A DNA stretch of 64,000 bases. It comes from an uncultured Planctomycetia bacterium (GTDB taxonomy: Bacteria; Omnitrophota; Gorgyraeia; 1-14-0-20-64-10). Shown piece by piece: positions 38,021 to 48,702 of this stretch. The stretch's first letter is position 1, and every line of letters starts with the position of its first letter. The notes under the pieces are model-generated. The model searched no databases, was not told the DNA's origin, and saw only the letters and a program-made list of their open reading frames with translations. A program made the translations under genes and the position numbers. Where the stretch lies: the NCBI GenBank assembly GCA_964373715.1, contig CAYJVR010000004.1, positions 89,255 through 153,254 of the forward strand. The letters run 5' to 3'.

Positions 38021-38761
38021 CTACCGGCCTGAAGCGGACGCCTTGCGCAGTTTCTCGACCTCATCGGAAGTGAGGAACCTCCCCTCCCCGGCGGCGAGGT
38101 TCCCCAGAGAAAGCGGCCCGAAGGTGACCCGGCACAACCGCACGACTTTATAGCCGATCGCCGCGAACAGGCGCCGCACCTCCCGTTTTTTTCCCTCGGA
38201 AATCTGAAGCACAACCGTCGCGCCGGAAACGTTCTCGATCTTCCGTGCCTTCGCAATTCCTTCCTCCAGCCGCACCCCTTCCAGCAACCGGCCGGTCTCC
38301 TTTGGGTCAAAGGGCCGGTCGAGTTCGGCCCGGTATGACTTCACCACCTCGTAGCGGGGATGGATAAGCCTGTTTGCCAGATCACCGTCGTTGGTGAAAA
38401 GAAGCAGGCCGGTCGAGTCCCGGTCCAGCCGGCCGACGGGGAGAACCCGGGTTTTCGATCCCGGACCGTGGGCCAGCGCCCGGACAAGGTTCTTGGGCAG
38501 CAGCTCGTAAACGGTCTTTTTCGCGTGAGGGTCCGAAGCGGTTGTCGTGTACCCTTCCGGCTTATAAAGCAGGAAATAAACCTGCGCCTCAAAACGGATC
38601 GGCTTGCCCAGAAAGGTAATCTTGTCTTTTTCGGGCTCCACCTGGCGGCCCAGATCTTTCGCCACCTCGCCGTTGACGGTGACCCGTCCCTCGAGAATAT
38701 GGGTTTCGCATTTCCGCCTGGCGCCCACACCGCCCAACGCCAGCGCTTTGGCAATCCTCAT
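38021..38761 (-). CDS. pseudouridine synthase, RsuA/RluB family (S4 + catalytic domain)
   Basis: S4 domain MRIAKALALGGVGARRKCETHILEGRVTVNG, and the catalytic motif GRLDRDSTGLLLFTNDGDLANRLIHPRYEV. Confidence 0.85.
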   Translation of the reverse strand: MRIAKALALGGVGARRKCETHILEGRVTVNGEVAKDLGRQVEPEKDKITFLGKPIRFEAQVYFLLYKPEGYTTTASDPHAKKTVYELLPKNLVRALAHGPGSKTRVLPVGRLDRDSTGLLLFTNDGDLANRLIHPRYEVVKSYRAELDRPFDPKETGRLLEGVRLEEGIAKARKIENVSGATVVLQISEGKKREVRRLFAAIGYKVVRLCRVTFGPLSLGNLAAGEGRFLTSDEVEKLRKASASGR

Positions 38762-38883
38762 TCCTACCCCCTGCTTTGATGCCGGTTGATAAGCGGCTTA
38801 CGGCTTACAGCTATTGTAAAACAAAAGGGGCCGCGGCGCTCTGCCGCAGCCCTTTTTCCCATCAGACGGGATCCGGCTTGGTC

Positions 38884-39420
38884 TCAGCCTTTAGCGAAAC
38901 CGGCGATGGTGATGGCCTGGGCCGCCGCCGTGACAATTGCCGCGATCCGGACAACCGACTGCACCCCTTCTTTGGTCACCCCCGCCTTGACGGCCTGGCG
39001 CGTGTGGGCCTCCATGCACGCGCCGCACCCGTTGATCGCCGAAACCGCAAGCGAGGCCAGCTCAAAATCGAGCTTGTCCATCCCGGGGCTGGCAATTACC
39101 GTCATGCGCAGCCTCGCCGGCATCGAGGCGTAATCCTTATCCTCCACGAGATGCGTGAACCGGTAATAGACGTTGTTCATCGCCATGATGATCGCCGCCG
39201 ACCTGACGCCGTTGATCTCACTCTCATTCAAAAACTCGGAGGCATGGGCATAGAGGCTCTTGGCCGCCGGCTCGCTTTTGGCGGCGTAGGCGCTCGCCAG
39301 CGCCGCCGCCGCGATCTGCTTTTCGGACAATCCCGGGCTTCCTTCTTTCGTCAGGGCGCTCGACAGGTTCAGCCGGATGTCCTTGGCATAATCCGGTATC
39401 GCTTCCTGCAAAGCTTCCAT
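38884..39420 (-). CDS. ahpD: alkylhydroperoxidase AhpD family core domain protein
   Basis: C-terminal AINGCGACMEAHT contains the AhpD CxxxH-like catalytic Cys pair; directly downstream of the peroxiredoxin gene. Confidence 0.8.
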   Translation of the reverse strand: MEALQEAIPDYAKDIRLNLSSALTKEGSPGLSEKQIAAAALASAYAAKSEPAAKSLYAHASEFLNESEINGVRSAAIIMAMNNVYYRFTHLVEDKDYASMPARLRMTVIASPGMDKLDFELASLAVSAINGCGACMEAHTRQAVKAGVTKEGVQSVVRIAAIVTAAAQAITIAGFAKG

Positions 39421-39959
39421 TAAGAAACCTTAAGCGTCGCCTGGCCTTTCTGCCAGTTGCAGGGACACAACTCATCGGTCTGCAGCGCGTCCAGGACCCT
39501 CAGCACCTCACCCGGGTTGCGCCCCACGCTCAAATCGGTGACCATGACGAACCGGACAATCCCTTCCGGATCCACGATGAACACGGCCCTCTGGGCGACC
39601 CCTTCGTTCCGGTCAATGATTCCCAGCGCGGTTCCGAATTCCCGCTTGATGTCGGCCAGCATCGGGTAAGGGAGCGTGCTCAACTCCTCTTTCTGCTGCC
39701 GCCAGGCGAGGTGGACGAACTCGGAGTCGGTGCTGCAACCCAGAACTTGGGCGTCCCGCTGCGCGAATTCCTTGTTCAGCTTGCCGAACGCGGTAATTTC
39801 CGTCGGGCAAACGAAGGTGAAGTCCTTAGGCCAGAAGAACACGACGAGCCACTTGCCCTTGTAGGTATCGTTGTTGATGTTCACAAAGGCGTTCTTGATG
39901 TCGTTCGAAACGGTTGCTTTAAGATTAAACTCCGGGAAACGGCTTCCAACACTCAGCAT
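39420..39959 (-). CDS. ahpC: peroxiredoxin (AhpC/Prx family)
   Basis: FFWPKDFTFVCPTEI is the peroxidatic Cys motif. Confidence 0.85.
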   Translation of the reverse strand: MLSVGSRFPEFNLKATVSNDIKNAFVNINNDTYKGKWLVVFFWPKDFTFVCPTEITAFGKLNKEFAQRDAQVLGCSTDSEFVHLAWRQQKEELSTLPYPMLADIKREFGTALGIIDRNEGVAQRAVFIVDPEGIVRFVMVTDLSVGRNPGEVLRVLDALQTDELCPCNWQKGQATLKVS

Positions 39960-40088
39960 GGTAAAACCTCCTTGTTTCGTTTGTGCTGTTGTTACGGCAA
40001 GAATGATTGATTGGTATAAACAGGTTATCTGTTTTTAACTAATAACTCAAATCAATTATAACTATCACTATGATAGAATATATCTATT

Positions 40089-40979
40089 ATGGATCTCCAA
40101 CAGCTCCGCTACGCGGTCGCGCTTTCCCGGGAACTCCATTTCCGTAAAGCGTCGGAAAAGATGAACGTCACCCAGCCGACCCTCAGCCAGGGAATCAAGA
40201 AGCTCGAGGGGGAGCTGGGTTCCCTTCTGTTTGAGCGTTCACCCCGCGGGGTAAAACTCACGCCTGCGGGCAAAAAATTCATCCCCCGGGCAATCTCCAT
40301 TCTCGAGGAGGTTGGCGAAAGCATCCGGGAACTGCAGGAAGCCTCCGGAGAAGCGGCCGGCGCGGTCCGGGTCGGCTCGATACCGACGATCTGCCCTTAC
40401 CTGATGCCCCAGGTGATCACGGAGCTTAGAAAAACAGCCCCGCGGCTCACGATCGAACTCCGGGAAGAGACCACTTCCCTGCTGGTCGAACACCTGAAGG
40501 CGGGGGAGTTGGACATGGGGGTTCTGGCCCTGCCGATCACGGAAAAGGGGATATCCAGCCTTTCGATCCGCAGCGAACCATTCTACCTGGCCGTCTCGAA
40601 ACGGCACCGGCTGGCGGGCGCCAGGCGGATCAGCCCAAAGGAGGTGGCCCGGGAGAGGGTCTTGATCCTTCAGGAGGGGCATTGCTTCCGGAACCAGTCG
40701 CTCGAATACTGCAAGCTTTCCCCGAAAGACCCCCATGTGATCTTCCAGGGGGGAAGCCTTACTTCCGTGCTGAAACTCGCGGCCTCAGGCGAAGGGGTGA
40801 CCTTCGTCCCGAAGATGGCTCTGGACCCGAAAGGAAACCCTGGCCTGGCGTACATCCCGTTCACGCCGCCGGAACCGGAGAGAGAGATCGGCGTCATCTG
40901 GCGGGTGACCTCCTCGCTGAACCTCTCCCAAAAAGCAGTTCTGGAAACCGTCGAAAAGGTTCTTGAACAATTGTATTAA
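40089..40979 (+). CDS. LysR-family transcriptional regulator, OxyR-like (divergent from ahpC-ahpD)
   Basis: HTH MDLQQLRYAVALSRELHFRKASEKMNVTQPTLSQGIKKLE with a LysR substrate-binding domain; the divergent arrangement with ahpCD matches the typical oxyR position. Confidence 0.75.
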   Translation: MDLQQLRYAVALSRELHFRKASEKMNVTQPTLSQGIKKLEGELGSLLFERSPRGVKLTPAGKKFIPRAISILEEVGESIRELQEASGEAAGAVRVGSIPTICPYLMPQVITELRKTAPRLTIELREETTSLLVEHLKAGELDMGVLALPITEKGISSLSIRSEPFYLAVSKRHRLAGARRISPKEVARERVLILQEGHCFRNQSLEYCKLSPKDPHVIFQGGSLTSVLKLAASGEGVTFVPKMALDPKGNPGLAYIPFTPPEPEREIGVIWRVTSSLNLSQKAVLETVEKVLEQLY

Positions 40980-41136
40980 TAGAAACTAAATCTATATGAG
41001 CTCTTGAATTTTCGCGCCCCATCAGGCATAGTTGGTTCAGAAGCGACATCAAAACAACAAAGGGGGCGCCTAGAGAAAAAACCTGACCGTTATCCCAAAA
41101 ACCGATGGAATTCCATTTCAAAAACCGTTCTGAAAA

Positions 41137-41183
41137 GAGCCCGGGGCTGCTGGAAACAACCCCGGGTTGTTTTTTGCCGGCGG
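41137..41183 (+). terminator. rho-independent terminator (orphan, ~160 nt downstream of the LysR gene)
   Basis: agCCCGGGGctgctggaaacaaCCCCGGGttgttttttg: a 7-bp GC stem followed by a TTGTTTTTT tract. Confidence 0.55.
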
Positions 41184-41193
41184 AAAAACAAGG

Positions 41194-41223
41194 GCCGCAG
41201 CCTTTTCGGCTGCGGCCCTTGAC
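41194..41223 (-). terminator. rho-independent terminator downstream of the intron-containing tRNA (minus strand); a possible bidirectional hairpin
   Basis: The perfect 11-bp stem GGGCCGCAGCC-ttttc-GGCTGCGGCCC lies directly 3' of the tRNA on the minus strand, followed there by CTTGTTTTTCC. Confidence 0.5.
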
Positions 41224-41225
41224 GT

Positions 41226-41525
41226 TGGTCGCGGGGCCTGGATTTGAACCAGGGACCTTCAGGTTATGCGTACCACTTCAGCTTTCGCTGCTTCATGCTC
41301 CAGCATGAATTTGTGGTCTGGACTATCCCATCACCCCGTACCTAGTGGTACGGGGTGCCCGCCGTCTAGTCTCTACACCTTCCTTGCGCTCAAAACCACA
41401 AGGCTTGGTTCGGGATCACCAGTAAAGGCTTCCCCGACTTTGACGGGTTTTAACTCAACCGTTGCCGGCTGAGTGGCCCAGATTTTATTTGAGCCTGACG
41501 AGCTACCAGACTGCTCCACCCCGCA
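41226..41525 (-). tRNA. tRNA-Met/Ile2 (anticodon CAT) interrupted by a group I intron; exons ~41492..41525 and 41226..41268
   Basis: 5' exon (rc) TGCGGGGTGGAGCAGTCTGGTAGCTCGTCAGGCT carries the acceptor, D-arm and 5' anticodon stem. 3' exon CATAACCTGAAGGTCCCTGGTTCAAATCCAGGCCCCGCGACCA carries the anticodon, 3' anticodon stem CCTGA, T-arm and acceptor. Joined, the anticodon loop is CTCATAA. The anticodon stem is TCAGG/CCTGA, so it is not an initiator tRNA. Confidence 0.7.
41269..41491 (-). ncRNA. group I self-splicing intron (Azoarcus-like, IC3-type) in the anticodon loop of tRNA(CAT)
   Basis: The intron RNA contains GGAAGGUGUAGAGACUAGACGGCGGGCACC (R element / P7 5' strand, near-identical to the Azoarcus ribozyme GAAGGUGUAGAGACUAGACGGCACCCACC) and GGGAUAGUCCAGACC (S element / P7 3' strand). 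The 5' exon ends in U, a GGCC internal guide sequence 11 nt into the intron pairs with exon GGCU, and the terminal intron nucleotide is G. Confidence 0.7.
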
Positions 41526-41590
41526 ATAGATTTTCAAAGATACTGGAAGCTATTATAGCCCCTTTAAGAGACAAGGGCAAACCTTCTTAT

Positions 41591-43838
<2,248 letters not shown>

Positions 43839-44129
43839 CCACCACCCGATCCACTTCCTGCCCAGCTTTGATGAAGATCAGCGTTGGAATGTTGAGGATG
43901 CCGAACTGCGCCGCCAGATCCGGATGTTCGTCCACGTTCACCTTGCCTACGGTCACTTTGCCCTTATAAGTGCCGGCCAGCTCATCGAGAACCGGAGCGA
44001 TCGCGCGGCACGGAGCGCACCAGCTCGCCCAAAAATCAACAACCACCGGCGTCTTGGACTGAAGAACGTGGGTTTGGAAATTCGCCTGCGTCACCGTCAA
44101 AGTCCCGTCACTCATGACTCTCTCTCCTT

Positions 44130-45356
44130 CTATTGATGATGGCGTTTTGGATGCCGCGGTTCAGTATAACACAACAGAATAAACCCGCTTAAGGCGAAAA
44201 TCCCAGCGACAGCAGCCAGCACAACCCCGCGGCCTCCCTGTTCGGCCAGCCATCCAGCGAGGAGCATCGAGCCGATCAACGACAGGTTCATGACGACCCC
44301 CATGCTGCTGAAAATCCTCCCGTGGAGGCGGGTCGAATGGCTTTCATGGACCAGGATATTGGTCACGATCCCCACAGGGGCGATCCAGAATCCTAAAAAT
44401 GCGGTGGCGACCGAAGCGGCCACTCCCGATTTGAGCCACAGAACGCCCGCAATGAAGAGCCAGAGGGCACCGCCGCTGCCCATAAAGGAGAGGCCCAGGA
44501 CCATCCTTCTGGGCGACCGGGTTCCCCACCGCCCATAAACCAGCGAACCGCCCAGCATACCGACCCCTAACCAAAGGCTTAAAAACCCGAGGTCTTTCGT
44601 GACCGAGCCCAGCACCTGCTGAACCATGACCGTTCCGATCACAAAGCTGGCTCCGGCCCCCATCGTCAGCAGGGACAGGAGCCCGGCCGCCCGCCGGGTC
44701 GCCTTGTGTCGCCACAGCTCCCGCATCCCTTCCAAAACCTCCTTGAACACCAAGCGGACCGAATGGGAGACCTTCTCCTTCTGATGGCGCCGGCGCGCGA
44801 GCGGCATGATAAAAAGGGCGGAAACCAAATAACTGGCGCCGTTGACCCAGCAGCTTCGATTTACACCGATCCACTCCACCATCAGCGCCCCCACGAGAAG
44901 GATCAACGCGGAACCGATCATGCCGGAACTGGTAAAAAGGGCGTTTGCCTGCGCCAACTCTTTCGGTTTCACAACGTCCGGGATCATCGCCAGCCGGGCC
45001 GGGACAAAGAAGGTCGCGACGGAAAAGAGGAAAAAGACACCGACATATAAAAAAATACCGCCGTGATACACGGCCAGCCAGGGAAACGTGAGGATCGCCG
45101 CGGAACGGATGAGGTCGCAAGCGACCATCGTCTGCTTCCTGTCCCACCTGTCTACGTAAGCGCCGGCAAGCGGGTTCACTAAAAGCCCCGGCAAAGAGAT
45201 CGCGGCCATCACTGTGGCCAGCGTCATTGTCGAACCGGAAGCGCGGGTCGTTACCAAAGCCACAAGGACCAGCTGGCTGAGCCGGTCGCCGAACTGCGAA
45301 CACAGCTGTCCCAGCCAGAGCAGCCGGAAATTTCGATCCTTCAGGAGAGAAAACAA
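44130..45356 (-). CDS. MFS transporter
   Basis: Twelve predicted TM helices; MFS-like GDRLSQLVLV and DRWDRK motifs. Confidence 0.7.
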   Translation of the reverse strand: MFSLLKDRNFRLLWLGQLCSQFGDRLSQLVLVALVTTRASGSTMTLATVMAAISLPGLLVNPLAGAYVDRWDRKQTMVACDLIRSAAILTFPWLAVYHGGIFLYVGVFFLFSVATFFVPARLAMIPDVVKPKELAQANALFTSSGMIGSALILLVGALMVEWIGVNRSCWVNGASYLVSALFIMPLARRRHQKEKVSHSVRLVFKEVLEGMRELWRHKATRRAAGLLSLLTMGAGASFVIGTVMVQQVLGSVTKDLGFLSLWLGVGMLGGSLVYGRWGTRSPRRMVLGLSFMGSGGALWLFIAGVLWLKSGVAASVATAFLGFWIAPVGIVTNILVHESHSTRLHGRIFSSMGVVMNLSLIGSMLLAGWLAEQGGRGVVLAAVAGIFALSGFILLCYTEPRHPKRHHQ

Positions 45357-45381
45357 TCAGGCCTCCCTTTTCGTCGGATCT

Positions 45382-46167
45382 TTAAACAGAGGCGGGCCGG
45401 TACATCGTCAGGACAAAACCGGTCAAAAGAAGCCAAACCCACCCGAGGATTTCCAGGGCGACACCGAGGGCAACCTTATTCCAGCGGTCTCGGGCCATCC
45501 GTCCGAGCCACAGGCAGACAAAGGCGATCGACAACCAAAAAGCAGTGAACAAAACGCCGAGCATTCCCCTGTCGAAAAGACCGACCATCAGATAGATCAC
45601 GGCCACAAACACGGGGATGACCGTCCCCCCCTCGACCGTTTCTAAACGGAGATTCGAAATGGCTCTGCCGAAAACAGATTTCTGCTCCTTCACATACTTG
45701 AGGACCGGCACATAATCAAAATCGTTCAGGTTCCCGGATTCGCGCCGTTTGCGCCGCCGCCATTCCCTCCGATCAAAAATCTCCTCGAAGATGAACTGCC
45801 TCTTCTTCAGAAAAAAGTAGAGGTCCCAATCCTCTTGATAGATGTCGTCATCCAGATGGAATTTATCCGCGGCGATTGTGCACAGGGTATACAGGTCCGT
45901 GTGGTCTAAAACGGCAAAAACAAGCGGGCTTTTCTCAGAGACAAACTCGACGTAGACCTGGCGGACATCCTCTTCGGTGACAAACGGCCATTGGGTTTGA
46001 AAAGAGACTTTCCTCTCCTCTTCTCCGCGGCCGGTCCGTTCCAGGCACAGGTTCTCCCGGAAAACCCACTTAAGGGAAGAAGGCAACCCCCTCTGGCCCA
46101 CCAAGCCTCGCCAGTGAGCCATCACCTTATTAAAAGGGGGCCGCTTACCCTTGCTCATTGGAGGCAT
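45382..46167 (-). CDS. hypothetical membrane protein (soluble N-terminal domain + 3 C-terminal TM helices)
   Basis: ORF with C-terminal hydrophobic helices; no recognised motifs. Confidence 0.4.
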   Translation of the reverse strand: MPPMSKGKRPPFNKVMAHWRGLVGQRGLPSSLKWVFRENLCLERTGRGEEERKVSFQTQWPFVTEEDVRQVYVEFVSEKSPLVFAVLDHTDLYTLCTIAADKFHLDDDIYQEDWDLYFFLKKRQFIFEEIFDRREWRRRKRRESGNLNDFDYVPVLKYVKEQKSVFGRAISNLRLETVEGGTVIPVFVAVIYLMVGLFDRGMLGVLFTAFWLSIAFVCLWLGRMARDRWNKVALGVALEILGWVWLLLTGFVLTMYRPASV

Positions 46168-46220
46168 TATAGTATACTTCCGACAGAGACAAACACCCCT
46201 TTGAAGGAGAGGTTTTTCCG

Positions 46221-46940
46221 ATGCCTTCTTTAAAAGAACCTGTGCTGATCTGCTGGAGCGGAGGCAAAGACAGCTCTCTCGCTCTGCAGGCGGTTTTAAG
46301 CGACCCCGCCTTCCACGTACAGTCCCTGTTGACCACCGTGACGGAGGGTTACGACCGGATCAGCATGCACGGCGTCCGCAGGACCCTGCTGCTGGAGCAG
46401 GCCGAAGCGGTCGGCCTTCCGCTGGAAGAGGTGAAGATCCCGAACGCCTGCGTCAATGAAACGTACGAAGAGGCCATGCGCCGCGTGCTGAGCCATTACC
46501 GGCAGGAGGGGGTAAGACGGGTCGTGTTCGGTGACCTCTTCCTCGAAGAGATACGGGCTTACCGGCAGAAAAACCTGGCCCGTATCGGCATGGAAGGTCT
46601 CTATCCTCTGTGGGGGCTGGACACCCGCCGGCTGGCGGAGAAATTCATCGCCTCCGGATTCAAGGCGGTCCTTGTCTGCGTGGACCCAAAACAAATCTCC
46701 CCGGAGTTCTGCGGCAGAGAATTCGATGCTTCGCTCCTGCGCGATCTGCCGCCGAGCGCAGACCCGTGCGGGGAAAATGGGGAGTTTCACACCTTCGTGT
46801 ACGAAGGACCGATATTCAAGCGACCGATCCCGATCCAGCGCGGCGAGATTGTGGAACGGGAGGGTTTCTGGTTCTGCGACTTGCTGCCCATCTCTAAAAT
46901 AATTGAGCCGGCACGGGGAACCCGTACCGGCTCAATCTAA
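46221..46940 (+). CDS. Dph6-related ATP pyrophosphatase (MJ0570-like PP-loop, adenine nucleotide alpha-hydrolase fold)
   Basis: VLICWSGGKDSSLAL is a PP-loop SGGKDS motif. Confidence 0.7.
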   Translation: MPSLKEPVLICWSGGKDSSLALQAVLSDPAFHVQSLLTTVTEGYDRISMHGVRRTLLLEQAEAVGLPLEEVKIPNACVNETYEEAMRRVLSHYRQEGVRRVVFGDLFLEEIRAYRQKNLARIGMEGLYPLWGLDTRRLAEKFIASGFKAVLVCVDPKQISPEFCGREFDASLLRDLPPSADPCGENGEFHTFVYEGPIFKRPIPIQRGEIVEREGFWFCDLLPISKIIEPARGTRTGSI

Positions 46941-46972
46941 TCTAAAGCGGGGATATCTGCCCGGAGGATTTC

Positions 46973-47578
46973 TTAGGCAGCCCGCCTACGCGAACGAAGA
47001 CCGAATCCGGCCAAACCCACTCCCATCAAAAGCATGGAGGCTGGCTCGGGAATAACGCCATTACCGCCGCCCTGCTGGTTGACGGTGTAGTTGCCGGAAA
47101 GGGTCGACTGATAAAGGCGAAACTCGTCGTTGCCGGCCGTGCTCTCTTCAACGCCCGCATTGAAAATCCCATCCGTCTGCAAAGCAGCCAGAGCAGCGGG
47201 AGTCAGGTTAAAATCGGTCGTTGTTATGGTGCTGCCAACGTTGGCTAAACTTCCAAGGGCATTTCCGTCTCCGGAGACATTCCACGTCTCGTTGCTAGTA
47301 TTCACATCCTTATAGGAAATCGTCAGCTTGGCATCAGAAATGGTGATGTTCCCGATCAAGTTCGGAGCAATCTCGGCAAGAATGTCATGAATCCAACTCT
47401 CATCTGGATTACTAGCGCCATCCTTTATCTTATCACTCCCAGTATTTCCAGGGCCGAGAACATTAAACGAATCCCACAAATCAACGAAATCGCTGAAAAC
47501 GATGGCCTGCGCTGGCTGAGGAACCACAAACAGCATCCCCCCAAAAACTAGCACGAATCCAATCAGCTTCTTCATCAA
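46973..47578 (-). CDS. PEP-CTERM sorting-domain secreted protein (exosortase substrate)
   Basis: N-terminal signal MMKKLIGFVLVFGGMLFVVPQPAQA; C-terminal VIPEPASMLLMGVGLAGFGLRSRRRAA is the PEP motif + TM helix + Arg cluster. Confidence 0.7.
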   Translation of the reverse strand: MMKKLIGFVLVFGGMLFVVPQPAQAIVFSDFVDLWDSFNVLGPGNTGSDKIKDGASNPDESWIHDILAEIAPNLIGNITISDAKLTISYKDVNTSNETWNVSGDGNALGSLANVGSTITTTDFNLTPAALAALQTDGIFNAGVEESTAGNDEFRLYQSTLSGNYTVNQQGGGNGVIPEPASMLLMGVGLAGFGLRSRRRAA

Positions 47579-47818
47579 GACCAGCCTCCTATAACCTAAA
47601 TTTCTAGTTACTTCTAATCAAAACCCAAGATAAAAACAGTACAGCATCTCTATATAAAGCATGTTTCATGCCTAACAAAGACACCCTCTCTCCTATAGCT
47701 AAAATTAAGCAGATTTCATTTTTTCTCTCTTAAAAAGGGGTATAACTGGAACTCTTCGATGAGGAAAGCTACAGTTTTGTCGAAAAAATCAGACTATTCA
47801 GGCGAGGTAGGGGTAGGT

Positions 47819-48130
47819 AGTGGCCTAGTTTGCCCCGCCTCGGGGAACTCCGGCGATGCACCGCTCGGAACGTCCCGGCGAGCCGTTCCTCGCTCCGGCA
47901 CTCGGCTGGCTCGTCCCCCGCGGGAGAGTTTGTCTGCAGGGACGTCGGACGACGCGAGCGGGCACGGTTCCCTTCAGGGAGAGCGAGCGAGTCCGTCGAG
48001 CGCAGTCCGGCACGCCGGGCCGAACAAGCGACCCGAAGACAGGCTCTCCCGGCGGGGGACACCTTGCCCGCTGCGCCTCATGACGGTGCCCTGCCGGAGT
48101 TCCCCTTGTGGGGTTTTAAACTAGGCCACT
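47819..48130. repeat. GC-rich (~70%) imperfect-palindromic element bounded by 13-bp perfect inverted repeats (AGTGGCCTAGTTT / AAACTAGGCCACT); MITE-like or structured RNA
   Basis: Terminal IRs at 47819-47831 and 48118-48130. A second matching inverted block GGGGAACTCCGG / CCGGAGTTCCCC lies just inside them, and a third pair is GTCCCCCGCGGGAGAG / CTCTCCCGGCGGGGGAC. ORFs on both strands here are GC-artefacts. Located in the 5' region of the CBS-domain gene. Confidence 0.4.
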
Positions 48131-48218
48131 GCCTAAAATCAGATTCCCTTCCGAAGAAAGGCCGGAAGGCTTATAATAAAAAGACACGCCGAAAGGCTTG
48201 TCGCGGAGGTTTGCCATC

Positions 48219-48696
48219 AATGGCACGAAAACCGATCAAAGACCTGCTAAAAGAAAACAAGGTAACCGTCGTCTCGCACGCCCAGTGCATCCAAGCGAGC
48301 CCGAACCTCTCGATCGGCCAAACGATCGAGCTCATGCGCAACAACAAGTCCGGGTACGTGCTGCTGGTTGATGGAGGACAAGTGACCGGCATTTTCACGG
48401 AGGTGGATGTCGTCCGCAAGATACTCTGCAGCACCGTGGACTGGAGCAAACCTGTCCGCACCGTGATGACACAAAACCCCTCCGTGTTGACGCAGGCTGA
48501 TTCCGTCGGTACGGCGATTGACCTGATGGGAAAAGAGCGCTTTTACCATATCCCCTTGGTGGATGAAAAGAAAAATCTCGCCGGTATTATCTCAGTCCGT
48601 TCCGTGATCAAATTCCTGGCAGAGTTCTATCCGACCGAGGTGTACAATTTACCCCCTGACCCGCATCAGGTGATGAACACGCAAGAAGGGGGCTAG
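48219..48696 (+). CDS. CBS-domain pair protein
   Basis: Start trimmed to the ATG at 48219 (MARKPIKDLLKENKVTVV...). Two CBS motifs (GYVLLVDGGQVTGIFTEVDVVRKI; YHIPLVDEKKNLAGIISVRSVIKF). The ORF-track N-terminal extension covers the palindromic element and is rejected. Confidence 0.6.
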
Positions 48697-48702
48697 TGCA
48701 TC

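Noticed and set aside
41226-41525. Considered tmRNA (ssrA), because tRNA-like 5' and 3' ends are separated by ~230 nt.
   Set aside because: The 5' part has a complete D-arm and anticodon stem half, which the tmRNA tRNA-like domain lacks. There is no resume codon or tag-peptide ORF ending in ...ALAA. The group I intron P7/R/S core elements are present instead.
47830-48218. N-terminal 130-aa extension of the CBS-domain ORF (ORF track 47830..48696), and mirrored antisense ORFs 47769..48062 and 47825..48013.
   Set aside because: The extension exactly covers the GC-rich palindromic element. It is Arg/Ala/Ser/Pro low-complexity, mirrored by equally long ORFs on the opposite strand, and a good Met start precedes the CBS domains.
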